A program made the translations under genes and the position numbers. From the NCBI GenBank assembly GCA_018238155.1, contig JABCTZ010000003.1, forward strand, positions 32,001 through 96,000: DNA of 64,000 nt, in the 5' to 3' direction. This document shows positions 1 to 9,371 of this stretch, piece after piece. The DNA comes from Candidatus Heimdallarchaeota archaeon (lineage in GTDB: Archaea > Asgardarchaeota > Heimdallarchaeia > JABLTI01). The notes under the pieces were generated by a model, which was given only the letters and a program-made list of their open reading frames with translations, was not told where the DNA came from and searched no databases. The stretch's first letter is position 1. Every line of letters starts with the position of its first letter.

Positions 1-2
1 TT

Positions 3-1820
3 TTTTGGGCGATTGGCGATCGAAAAGAGAGATTTTCACTGAATCTTCCTCCAAGATATTTATCAACTGAATTATCTATGACTGAAGATTATGATTTTCA
101 ATTCATAGCAAATTTATTCATGCACAAATCTTTATCGGAGAATATAATTGAAAAACAATTAAATAAAACACTAGAAGCTCTCCGGAATTCCGTTGAAAGC
201 TATTCAAAAGAAAATTCATTGGTTATTATTCAACCCACAAAGTCAGAACGAATCTTTGAAAAGATTTTGAATGAGCTAAATGATCTTGGATTACAAAATA
301 TAGCGATAACTAATCTTTTACCAATGATCAATAATTCTCGCCAGATGATTGATTTTATTGCTAATTTAAAAATAGCGCTTCCTTTTAACAGTTTATTATT
401 TCTATTATCTCCAATACCTCATACTCATATGCCAATATTGGCTTATTCTGGGATAGATGTTTTTTCGAATGGTTTTGCAAATATCGCCGCGAAACAGCGT
501 TTATATTTAACTGATGCCGGTGGAAATAAGTTAGAAGATTTGAATGAATTAACTTGTTTTTGTGAAATGTGTTCAAAGCATACAGAACCAGAAGATTTCA
601 TTTCATCAATTACTAAATCCAAAGTTGGTGAACTTTATCCACTCATAATACACAATGAACTGATATTTGAAAAGAAAATACGCGAAATTCGTTCTGCAGT
701 AAAAAAACAAAATCTAAGAGGATATGTTGAACAAGCAATACAAATTAATCCCTTTAGTGCAGGTGCTTTAAGACTATTAGATAAAGAATGGTCTGATTGG
801 TTAATTGCAAGAACACCAACTTGGTCAAATGTGCCAATAAAAAGCATTACTTCATATGGTTTTACTCGTCCCTCAATTAGTGAATTTCAAAGAAGAATTC
901 ATGAACGATTTATCATACCAAGTTCAAAAAAAGTTATAGTTATTTTACCTTGCTCAGCTAGAAAACCATATTCTCAATCAAAAAGCCATCAGAAATTTAA
1001 TACTGCAATCAGTAGTATAGCCAACAACAAGAAGGGCTACATTCAGGAGTTAATCTTAACTTCCCCATTAGGAGTAATACCTCGAGAACTAGAATCAGTG
1101 TATCCTGCCGCACATTATGATATTCCTGTTACAGGTGATTGGTCATATGAGGAGAAGCAAATTGCAATAGATCAACTTGTGGGTGTTTTATCCGATATTG
1201 AATCTGATGTGACTATCATAGCACACATAGCCGGAGAATATATCGAATTATGTCAAGAAACAGAAAAAATCCTGGAACGATCATTTATTTACACCTCTAA
1301 AAATTCACGAGCTACTACAGCTACTTCCTTAGATAGTTTAACAAAAGAAATCAATAAAGTAGTTGAATCACTTCCCACGATGAAGTTCTCAGCTGACACA
1401 AATAAAATACGAAAAATAGCTGATTATCAATTTGGGTTAAGTGTTGGAGAAGCAATGTTTCCTGAGGTTTATTCTCTAAAGGGCAGACCTCCATTACCAT
1501 TTAAAATTCTGAGACAAAATCAACAACATGGCGTGATACATTATACTACCGGAAAGTTAACTCTTTCAATGAAAAACGGTGGAATACTGGCTAAAAAGAA
1601 AAAATACTTTGTTATGTTTGATGGGGAGAAACTTGAAGGATCAACTCTCTTTGCAGTTGGTGTCAAGAAAGCAGACCCTGAAATAAGACCATCAGATGAA
1701 GTAGTTATTGTGGATAAAAATTATACTCTCCTTGCTGTCGGTCATGCTCTCATATCTGGACGAGATATGGAAACAGTAAAATTTGGTGCAGTTGCCAAAA
1801 TTAAAAACAAAGTCAAATAA
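3..1820 (+). CDS. arcS: Archaeosine synthase subunit alpha (ArcS/TgtA2) with C-terminal PUA domain; 5'-truncated by the window edge
   Basis: Motifs LPCSARKPYSQSKSH and TSPLGVIPRELESVYPAAHYDIPVTGDW; PUA-like C-terminus (GSTLFAVGVKKADPEIRPSDEVV). The frame is open from position 3 to the listed ATG at 78. Confidence 0.9.
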   Translation, partial: FWAIGDRKERFSLNLPPRYLSTELSMTEDYDFQFIANLFMHKSLSENIIEKQLNKTLEALRNSVESYSKENSLVIIQPTKSERIFEKILNELNDLGLQNIAITNLLPMINNSRQMIDFIANLKIALPFNSLLFLLSPIPHTHMPILAYSGIDVFSNGFANIAAKQRLYLTDAGGNKLEDLNELTCFCEMCSKHTEPEDFISSITKSKVGELYPLIIHNELIFEKKIREIRSAVKKQNLRGYVEQAIQINPFSAGALRLLDKEWSDWLIARTPTWSNVPIKSITSYGFTRPSISEFQRRIHERFIIPSSKKVIVILPCSARKPYSQSKSHQKFNTAISSIANNKKGYIQELILTSPLGVIPRELESVYPAAHYDIPVTGDWSYEEKQIAIDQLVGVLSDIESDVTIIAHIAGEYIELCQETEKILERSFIYTSKNSRATTATSLDSLTKEINKVVESLPTMKFSADTNKIRKIADYQFGLSVGEAMFPEVYSLKGRPPLPFKILRQNQQHGVIHYTTGKLTLSMKNGGILAKKKKYFVMFDGEKLEGSTLFAVGVKKADPEIRPSDEVVIVDKNYTLLAVGHALISGRDMETVKFGAVAKIKNKVK

Positions 1821-1849
1821 AATGATAAAGTAATTTGGAGTGAAAGAAA

Positions 1850-2968
1850 ATGACTATACTCAAAGGAATTCTCACTGATCAATTATGTACTATGCGAGAA
1901 AAAGCATTGAGATTAAGGAAAAGTAGAGCTCCAAACAAAGCAATTGCTGCTTGGATAGAAGATGATAGATTGATCAATGGAGTAGGGAAAGCTCTAGTAA
2001 TAATAATGAATTCTCGTGGATGTGATTGGGCTCTTGGGGATGGTGGAGGTTGCAGTATGTGTGGGTATTCAAATGATACTTCTGAAGTTATCACAGAAGA
2101 GAATCTAATTGAACAAGTTCAGAAGGTTCTGTCCGAATTTTCGGATAAAACTTTCCAATCCGTGAAACTTTTTAACTCTGGAAGTTTTCTAGATGAAAAC
2201 GAGATTTCAATTAAAGCTCAAGATGAAATTATAAAAATGATCAGTAACCTAAGCCAAGTTACTGAAGTAATTGTTGAAACTAGACCTGAATTTGTTACTA
2301 AAAAGGCTCTAAAAAGATTGAAATCCATTCTTGGTAACGATAAAGAATTAGAATTGGGTATTGGTTTAGAATCGAGTGATGATTTTATCAGAATTAATTA
2401 TATCAATAAGGGATTTCTTTTTGAAAATTTTAACAAAGCCGTAAAATTGGCTATTAAGAATAATGTACGAGTAAAAAGCTATTTGTTATTCAAACCACCT
2501 TTCTTAACTGAAAAAGAAGCAATAGCTGATACTATACAGTCAATCATTGATTCAATAAAAACCGGTGCAAGAACAATATCAATTAATCCGGTAAACATTC
2601 AAAATGGAACCCTAGTCTTCAAATTATGGAGAGATGACCTCTATCGTCCTCCGCGGTTTTGGAGTTTAAAGGAAATTATTAAAGTCGTTTGGCAAAGAAT
2701 TGATGAAGAAGGATTAAGAAATCAAGTTGACAGAATTGTAAGTGATCCATCTGGAGCTGGTTCTCAAAGAGGAATTCATAATGGCCGGCATTGTGATAAA
2801 TTTTTCATAAAAGCATTGAAGAAGTTTACTCTCACACAAAATCCAGAAGAATTGGATCAAATAAACTGCTGGTGTGAATTAGTTTGGAGAGAGCTGTTGG
2901 AATATGAAGAAGTATCTCGAGATTCCTCTCTTAGACTAGTAGAAAATGCAATTAACTTATTAAAGTAG
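1850..2968 (+). CDS. Archaeosine biosynthesis radical SAM protein RaSEA (TIGR01210-like)
   Basis: SRGCDWALGDGGGCSMCGY (CX9CX2C-type), FNSGSFLD, VETRPEF, GIGLES, YLLFKPPFLTE; directly downstream of arcS. Confidence 0.88.
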   Translation: MTILKGILTDQLCTMREKALRLRKSRAPNKAIAAWIEDDRLINGVGKALVIIMNSRGCDWALGDGGGCSMCGYSNDTSEVITEENLIEQVQKVLSEFSDKTFQSVKLFNSGSFLDENEISIKAQDEIIKMISNLSQVTEVIVETRPEFVTKKALKRLKSILGNDKELELGIGLESSDDFIRINYINKGFLFENFNKAVKLAIKNNVRVKSYLLFKPPFLTEKEAIADTIQSIIDSIKTGARTISINPVNIQNGTLVFKLWRDDLYRPPRFWSLKEIIKVVWQRIDEEGLRNQVDRIVSDPSGAGSQRGIHNGRHCDKFFIKALKKFTLTQNPEELDQINCWCELVWRELLEYEEVSRDSSLRLVENAINLLK

Positions 2969-3068
2969 ACTTTAGAAGTAACCTTTTAATTTAATTACAG
3001 ATACAAATTATCTAGATGTATAGATAGATAGACTCTTTGAAACAATTATTTACTTGGTGGGATGAAAA

Positions 3069-3662
3069 ATAGAAATAATATTTAAAGAATTTTCAGAAAA
3101 AGAATGCTATGATGGAAAGCAAATCTATCCATTATGGGCATTAGAACGATACGGAATCTCAGGAGATACTTTTGTCATTTTTAGAGGGAGTATGCGTTTA
3201 GAACAACAAGAAATGATTGATGTCAAAGATATTGTTCGTGAAAAAGATCTCGCAGACATACTTATTTCAGGTGACGATTGCATCCATTTTATCATTGAGA
3301 TGTTTGATGACCAACCGGCAAATTTGAAAGTAGCATATCATAGGCTACATCTGTTAGCATTCATTACTCAAAGAATTCTCGAAAAAGAATTAGCAATTGA
3401 AATAATTAAAAAAGGGACCGATCTGTATTATGATGAAAAGAAGATCAACGTAGGCATTGCAACAAGCTCAAACAATTCTACAAAAATCCATTTTGGATTA
3501 AACATCGTTTCATCGGGCGTACCTGATTACGTTAAAGCAATTGGTTTGCAAGAGATAAAGGACAATATTTCACTAGAAACCATAGCAAAAATGATTGCTG
3601 AAAATTTTATTGGTGAATTAAAAGCAATAAGTGAAGATACTGTAAAATCAAGAACATTTTGA
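3069..3662 (+). CDS. DUF366 family protein (lipoate/biotin ligase-like fold); start upstream of the listed ATG
   Basis: In-frame upstream segment encodes YDGKQIYPLWA...GDTFVIFRG; body has MIDVKD, HFIIEMFD, GTDLY, KINVGIAT, KIHFGLNI. Confidence 0.8.
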   Translation: MEIIFKEFSEKECYDGKQIYPLWALERYGISGDTFVIFRGSMRLEQQEMIDVKDIVREKDLADILISGDDCIHFIIEMFDDQPANLKVAYHRLHLLAFITQRILEKELAIEIIKKGTDLYYDEKKINVGIATSSNNSTKIHFGLNIVSSGVPDYVKAIGLQEIKDNISLETIAKMIAENFIGELKAISEDTVKSRTF

Positions 3663-3673
3663 GGAAATATCAC

Positions 3674-4132
3674 ATGCCATTTGAAATTGAATTTGAGGAT
3701 CCTAGAATCGGTTTTGCCTCTGCTCACTTTATAGTAGGTCATGACAAGTGCGGAAGATTGCATGGACATAATTATTTCATAAAAGTGCAATTAAAAGGTG
3801 AATTAGATGAGCAACATATGGTTTTAGATTATGGTGATTTGAAAACCGAATTAAAAAAAATAACCAAAAAATTGGACCATAGAGTACTAATACCCTCTAA
3901 AGCAGAAGGTTTAGATGTGGAAGAAAAAAATGAATCTATTCAAGTTATTTCTTGTAATAAACGTTATTTATTTCCCAAAGAAGATGTGGTATTTTTACCA
4001 TTAGAAGCAACAACTTCAGAAGAGCTATCAAGATATTTTCATTCCATCCTCAAAGAATTGTGGCCTCAATTTGTAATAACGGTGAATATTGAAGAAGCTC
4101 CTGGTGCTAGTGCAACATATTCAGATGAATAA
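3674..4132 (+). CDS. queD: 6-carboxy-5,6,7,8-tetrahydropterin synthase (QueD/PTPS family)
   Basis: FASAHF, KCGRLHGHNY, LDHRVLIP, TTSEEL; GAGGA SD at 3661-3665 before ATG 3674. Confidence 0.88.
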   Translation: MPFEIEFEDPRIGFASAHFIVGHDKCGRLHGHNYFIKVQLKGELDEQHMVLDYGDLKTELKKITKKLDHRVLIPSKAEGLDVEEKNESIQVISCNKRYLFPKEDVVFLPLEATTSEELSRYFHSILKELWPQFVITVNIEEAPGASATYSDE

Positions 4133-4224
4133 AAAAAAGCACTAAAATACACTAGCATTATTATATCTCAAAAGTGGTTTCTGTACTATGTAAGAGAAAA
4201 GCTTTGAAAGAGTTGATCTTCCAA

Positions 4225-7185
4225 ATGACACACGAAAATACAGACGAAAGTTTCTATTTAGAATACAAACCAAAATACAAAGTATATCATGAATTAATGG
4301 CAAAGCGATTGACTAATGTGCTGTTGGTTTCAAGTATTTATGATAGTTTTATGTTAGAAGAGGATGGAAGACTCTCTGATCAAATATATGAAGAATTTCA
4401 GAATTTGAATCTACGAACATTGCCTAGAATTACTAGGGTTTCATCTGCAAGAGAAGCACTTGATTTACTACAAAAAAAGAAGTATGATCTCGTCATAACT
4501 ATGAGACGAGTAGGTGATATGGATGCTTTCTCATTTGGCAGTGCAGTTAAAAAAATCCGTGAAATTCCTGTAATATTATTACTAAATAGTGTTGTAGAAA
4601 TAAAGTACCTACCAGGTCCTGAAAATAGAGGTGGAGTTGATAGGACATTCGTTTGGAACGGTGACTCTAAAATATTTGTTGCAATCATTAAACATCTAGA
4701 AGATAAACTGAATGCTGATTATGACACTAAAACAGGTCAAGTAAGAGTATTCATTTTTGTAGATGACTCAGTCAGATTTTATTCATTATTGTTGCCCGAA
4801 TTGTATGCAGAGATAATGATGCAAACACATAGATTGATTTCTGAAGGGACAAATGACTTTCAAGATTTACTGAAAATGAAAGTAAGACCAAAAATCTTGT
4901 TGGCCGAAACTTACGAAGAAGCTATTGAATATTATAATAAATACAATAAATATGTTATGGGTATTATCTCAGATATTGAATTTACTAGAAAAGGCGAGTT
5001 AGATAAATCCGCCGGATTTTCTTTTACAGCTAAAATTCAAAAAGATTGGCCAAATATGCCTATAATTTTGCTCTCGAGTAAAGATTCTTACCGAAAGAAA
5101 GCTATGAAAAATAATTGTTATTTTATACACAAAAGATCACACGGGATGTTATGGGATATACGTAAATGGTTGTTAGATTACGTTGGATTTGGTGATTTTA
5201 TTTTCAAATTACCAAATGGAAAACAAATTGGAAAAGCTAGAGATGTAATAGATTTTCATAAAAAAATCGCTAAAGTTCCAATTGATTCATTAATTTATCA
5301 TGGCACAAATGATCACTTTTCAAATTGGTTAATAGCAAGAGGAGAATTCGAAATAGCTCAGATATTGAAACCTAGAAAAGTTTCTGAATTTTTCAGAGGT
5401 GAATTGAGAGATTTCCTTCGGAATACCATTAACGAAATTGTGCTTGAAAAAACTAGAGGAATAATTAATGATTTCTCTAGAAATAACTATCATCCAGAAA
5501 CATTGTTTCTAAGATTAAGACCAGGCTCATTGGGTGGAAAAGGAAGAGGAATTGCTTTCTTAATGTTTCTTTTGAATACCTTTCTCTCTCCAAAAGAGTT
5601 CGAAAAGGTTTCAATTGAAATACCAAAAACAATTGTAATTGGTACTGATGAATTTGATAAATTTATGGCGAATAACAATCTGTATGATTTTGCTCTATCG
5701 GAAGCATCGGATCAAATAATTAAAGATAAATTTGTTGCTGCAAAACTCTCTTCCAAATTAAAAGATGATTTAAAATTTCTATTGAAAAAATTAAAGGGAC
5801 CATTAGCAGTAAGATCTTCAAGTTTATTTGAAGATTCTGCATATCAACCTTTTGCCGGAATTTTCAAAACATACATGATACCAAATATAGGTCCAAATAA
5901 TGCTCGACGCTTAGAGCAGTTATTTACTGCAATAAAATTGGTTTATGCTTCTCCATTCCTAAAAATCGCTAAATCCTATGCTGATTCAATCGGACAAACA
6001 GTCGAAGAATCCAAAATGGCTGTTGTAATTCAAAACGTGGTAGGGCATGAGCACAATAATCGCTTCTATCCTGACTTTTCTGGAACTGCTACTTCGTACA
6101 ACTACTATCCTTTGGGAGATAATATGAAACCAGAAGACCGAATTGCTCATATCGCTTTAGGGTTAGGTAAAATTATTGTAGATGGCGGAGCAGTACTTCA
6201 TTTCTGTCCAAAATACCCAAAAACAAATTTCTATTCAACACCTGATATTTTACTAAATCAAAGCCAAAGAGAATTCTACGCTATTGATATGACTAAAGAA
6301 GAATTTGATTTTTCCACTGACGACCCATTTCTTATTCAGCTTGATTTTGATGCCGCAATTCAAGATAAAACCCTGACAAAGATTGCAGATACATATGATT
6401 TCAACAATAAAATGTTAAGATCAGGTTATTTTGGTGAAGGTTCTCCTGTAATTACTTTTAATAAGCAATTGAAATTAGAGACTTTACCTTTATCAGATAT
6501 CATTACTAGAATCCTTTCTCTTGGTGAACAAGCTATGGGTTGTTCAATAGAAGTTGAATTTGCGGGTAATTTCAGTCAAAAATCTGATGAAAAGGATAAG
6601 ATCTATTTATTACAGATTCGACCTTTCTTGCGCCAAGAAGCCCAACTATTAGAGGATTCAGAACCAGTTGAAATTGAACAAATTTTTGTTTATTCAAATC
6701 AAGTATCTGGTAATATGGTTCGAAAGGACATTCAAAATATCGTCTATGTTAAACAAGAATCTTTCAATAAAATGAATACACTAGACATTGTTCAAGAGTT
6801 AGATAAAATAAATGCAAATCTAGTAAAAAATAATATTCCATATATTCTCATAGGCTTCGGTAGGTGGGGGACCGCTGATAGATTTCTTGGTATTCCTGCT
6901 AAATGGAATAATCTAAGTGGTGCAAAAATAATCATAGAAGCAGAATTAGCGAATTTTCAAGTTGACTTTTCGCAAGGAAGTCATTTCTTCCAAAACATCA
7001 TAACTTCAAATATTGGTTATTTTCATCTGAAGCATAATTTGCAAGATCACAAAATCGATTGGTCTTGGTTAGAAAAACAAAAGGTTATTACTGAAACGAA
7101 ATATTTGAAACATGTTCAAGTAAAATCTCCTCTTATAATAAGGATAGATGCTCAAAAAAGAGAAGGTTATATTATAAAACCTTAA
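4225..7185 (+). CDS. PEP synthase/pyruvate phosphate dikinase N-terminal (ATP-grasp) domain protein with N-terminal receiver-like domains
   Basis: SLGGKGRGIAF, PLAVRSSSLFEDS, PFAGIFKTY, MAVVIQ, ALGLGK, IYLLQIRP; receiver-like N-terminus. The ORF can be extended to GTG 4174. Confidence 0.8.
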   Translation: MTHENTDESFYLEYKPKYKVYHELMAKRLTNVLLVSSIYDSFMLEEDGRLSDQIYEEFQNLNLRTLPRITRVSSAREALDLLQKKKYDLVITMRRVGDMDAFSFGSAVKKIREIPVILLLNSVVEIKYLPGPENRGGVDRTFVWNGDSKIFVAIIKHLEDKLNADYDTKTGQVRVFIFVDDSVRFYSLLLPELYAEIMMQTHRLISEGTNDFQDLLKMKVRPKILLAETYEEAIEYYNKYNKYVMGIISDIEFTRKGELDKSAGFSFTAKIQKDWPNMPIILLSSKDSYRKKAMKNNCYFIHKRSHGMLWDIRKWLLDYVGFGDFIFKLPNGKQIGKARDVIDFHKKIAKVPIDSLIYHGTNDHFSNWLIARGEFEIAQILKPRKVSEFFRGELRDFLRNTINEIVLEKTRGIINDFSRNNYHPETLFLRLRPGSLGGKGRGIAFLMFLLNTFLSPKEFEKVSIEIPKTIVIGTDEFDKFMANNNLYDFALSEASDQIIKDKFVAAKLSSKLKDDLKFLLKKLKGPLAVRSSSLFEDSAYQPFAGIFKTYMIPNIGPNNARRLEQLFTAIKLVYASPFLKIAKSYADSIGQTVEESKMAVVIQNVVGHEHNNRFYPDFSGTATSYNYYPLGDNMKPEDRIAHIALGLGKIIVDGGAVLHFCPKYPKTNFYSTPDILLNQSQREFYAIDMTKEEFDFSTDDPFLIQLDFDAAIQDKTLTKIADTYDFNNKMLRSGYFGEGSPVITFNKQLKLETLPLSDIITRILSLGEQAMGCSIEVEFAGNFSQKSDEKDKIYLLQIRPFLRQEAQLLEDSEPVEIEQIFVYSNQVSGNMVRKDIQNIVYVKQESFNKMNTLDIVQELDKINANLVKNNIPYILIGFGRWGTADRFLGIPAKWNNLSGAKIIIEAELANFQVDFSQGSHFFQNIITSNIGYFHLKHNLQDHKIDWSWLEKQKVITETKYLKHVQVKSPLIIRIDAQKREGYIIKP

Positions 7186-7244
7186 ATTAAGTTAGTAAGT
7201 TAGAATAGTAATTTGTGGAAAAACTTCGCGGAGCCATAATCAAA

Positions 7245-8015
7245 ATGCAATTATTTCCCTTAAGCACACCTTTGATAACAACTGATGATACTCTCTATGC
7301 TGTAATATTAAACGCTTTAAAATCCGCAAAGGTTACTTTGCAAGATGGTGATGTTTTAACAATTGCGAGTAAAATAGTTAGTGTCACAAGAGGATTGATT
7401 GTTCATAGTGCTGATATCGAGATTTCTGAAGAAGCTAAAAAGTATTCTGAAATAACTAAACTTTCACCTGAATTTATGGAAGTATCAATTAGGGAATCAG
7501 ATGAGATTTTAGGTGCTTGTTGGGGTGCTCTTTTAACGAAACGTCAAAACAATTTGATGCCAAATGCCGGTGCAGACCAAAGCAATGCTCCGGATGACAT
7601 TATCATTATTCTTCCCAAAGACCCATCAAAAATTGCTCGAGATATTCAAAAATTCCTTGAAGGAGAATTCAATTGTAAATTAGGCATTATTATAGGCGAT
7701 AGTCGTGTTCAACCATTACGACGAGGAACAAGTGGTATAGCTTTAGGTGTTGCCGGTTTTGTGCCAGTTATTGATGACCGTGGTAGACGAGACTTGTATG
7801 GTCGAGAAATGAAAATGACTAGAAGAGCGATTGCAGATAATCTAATGTCTGCTGCAGAAATTCTTTCAGGGGAAGTAGATGAAAAAGTACCTTTGGTTTT
7901 GATACGTGGTGCTCCTATAATTCTTACAGATGAAGATTTAACGGAAACAATGTCAATTCCGCCGAATGAATGTATGTATTTCAGTACATTTCTGAAACGC
8001 AATAAAGAAGAGTAG
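7245..8015 (+). CDS. cofE: Coenzyme F420-0:L-glutamate ligase
   Basis: DGDVLTIASKIVS, NAGADQSNA, GDSRVQPLRRG, DLYGREM, AIADNL. The ORF can be extended to GTG 7215. Confidence 0.88.
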   Translation: MQLFPLSTPLITTDDTLYAVILNALKSAKVTLQDGDVLTIASKIVSVTRGLIVHSADIEISEEAKKYSEITKLSPEFMEVSIRESDEILGACWGALLTKRQNNLMPNAGADQSNAPDDIIIILPKDPSKIARDIQKFLEGEFNCKLGIIIGDSRVQPLRRGTSGIALGVAGFVPVIDDRGRRDLYGREMKMTRRAIADNLMSAAEILSGEVDEKVPLVLIRGAPIILTDEDLTETMSIPPNECMYFSTFLKRNKEE

Positions 8016-8031
8016 TGCTCGTATCAGTTAG

Positions 8032-8700
8032 GTGATTTGCTTGACAACAAAAATATCTGTTTTCATTAGTAGAATCAACACTCATTACGGTGAACAGAAA
8101 TGGACTCGTTGGCGCGAACCGGTAGGAGAGCTAGTTCGAACCATTCTCTCTCAAAACACTACTGATAAAAATAGCTTAAAAGCATACGCAAATCTAATAA
8201 AAAAATACCCTACATGGGAAGATCTAATTCTTGCTGAAGAAAAAGAAATTGCTGAAATAATTAGAAGTGGTGGATTAGCAAATATTAAAGCTAAAAAAAT
8301 AAAAAAAGCACTCATTGAAATAAAACAGCAGAGAGGTACAATCGACTTAGAATTCCTTGCTAATTTTGATGTTCAAAAAGCAGAAGAATACCTTGTTTCA
8401 TTTGATGGTGTTGGACCAAAAACAGCTGCTTGTGTGCTAATCTTTTCATTCAATTTTCCAATCATGCCTGTAGATACTCATGTTCATAGAGTCTGCAATC
8501 GTTTGGGTATGGTTTCAACTAAAAGCAGGGAGAAAACTCAAGAGTTGATGAAATCTCTTATTCCTTCTGAAGAAATGTACAATTTCCATTTGAATATCAT
8601 AGAACACGGCAGAAAGGTCTGCAAAGCTGGAAAACCAAGATGCTCTGAGTGTTTTTTAAATGATCTCTGTGCCTTTTATACCGTTACCACGGGAAAATAA
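8032..8700 (+). CDS. nth: Endonuclease III (HhH-GPD, 4Fe-4S)
   Basis: ILSQNTTD, GVGPKTA, PVDTHVHRV, C-terminal CX6CX2CX5C. Confidence 0.9.
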   Translation: MICLTTKISVFISRINTHYGEQKWTRWREPVGELVRTILSQNTTDKNSLKAYANLIKKYPTWEDLILAEEKEIAEIIRSGGLANIKAKKIKKALIEIKQQRGTIDLEFLANFDVQKAEEYLVSFDGVGPKTAACVLIFSFNFPIMPVDTHVHRVCNRLGMVSTKSREKTQELMKSLIPSEEMYNFHLNIIEHGRKVCKAGKPRCSECFLNDLCAFYTVTTGK

Positions 8701-8788
8701 TTCTTAATCTTTAATAAAAGAATAAACCTAATCATTTTAAGAGTGTAATACGATATATTCTCTAAGAAATATCGAAAGCATAACTTGC

Positions 8789-9283
8789 TTGGATGGATGG
8801 CAATTGATTCAGGAAACAAACAACTTACTGGTTCAGGAAATTACTGCTCAGAATGTTTTAAATTGGTTGTTACCTGCTATCGGCACTGTTGCTGCCATTG
8901 CTTTATTGGTTTATTTATGGCGTTATATGCGGAAAGAAAATCATGCGGGAAGAATTTCGGATTTCAATGAAAAAGCATTTAAAAAACTAATCAAGGAAGG
9001 AGAACAACCTGGATTTTGTGAAGATTGTAAAATTCCTATGAGAGTGGAAATCCATTATAAAGACTTTATGAAAGACACAGGTGATTTTTTGGTGAACCGA
9101 GAAACAGCTATTCATACTTTGAAATCTTTTGTTGACTGTTCACGCATGTCTCAAGAGGATATGGATTCAATATTACTTTTCTTTGATTCTCATCCTAAGC
9201 TTGAGCAACAGCTATTCAAGCGATATAAATGTCCAAATTGCAACAAATTGACCGTTTTACCATATCTTCAATCATCAGATTAA
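8789..9283 (+). CDS. Hypothetical single-TM protein with a split Zn-ribbon
   Basis: Hydrophobic WLLPAIGTVAAIALLVYLW segment; CEDC ... CPNC. Confidence 0.6.
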   Translation: MDGWQLIQETNNLLVQEITAQNVLNWLLPAIGTVAAIALLVYLWRYMRKENHAGRISDFNEKAFKKLIKEGEQPGFCEDCKIPMRVEIHYKDFMKDTGDFLVNRETAIHTLKSFVDCSRMSQEDMDSILLFFDSHPKLEQQLFKRYKCPNCNKLTVLPYLQSSD

Positions 9284-9371
9284 ATCGTTTTTAAATGTTT
9301 AAATTGCAATGAACCGTAACAATTTTATTTGATTACACTTTGATTTCAATATCAAATCAGGAGTAGTCTTA

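Noticed and set aside
3054-3065. Selenocysteine or readthrough at the in-frame TGA 3063 (TTG GTG GGA TGA)
   Set aside because: It would add only three residues, there is no catalytic context, and no SECIS was recognised.
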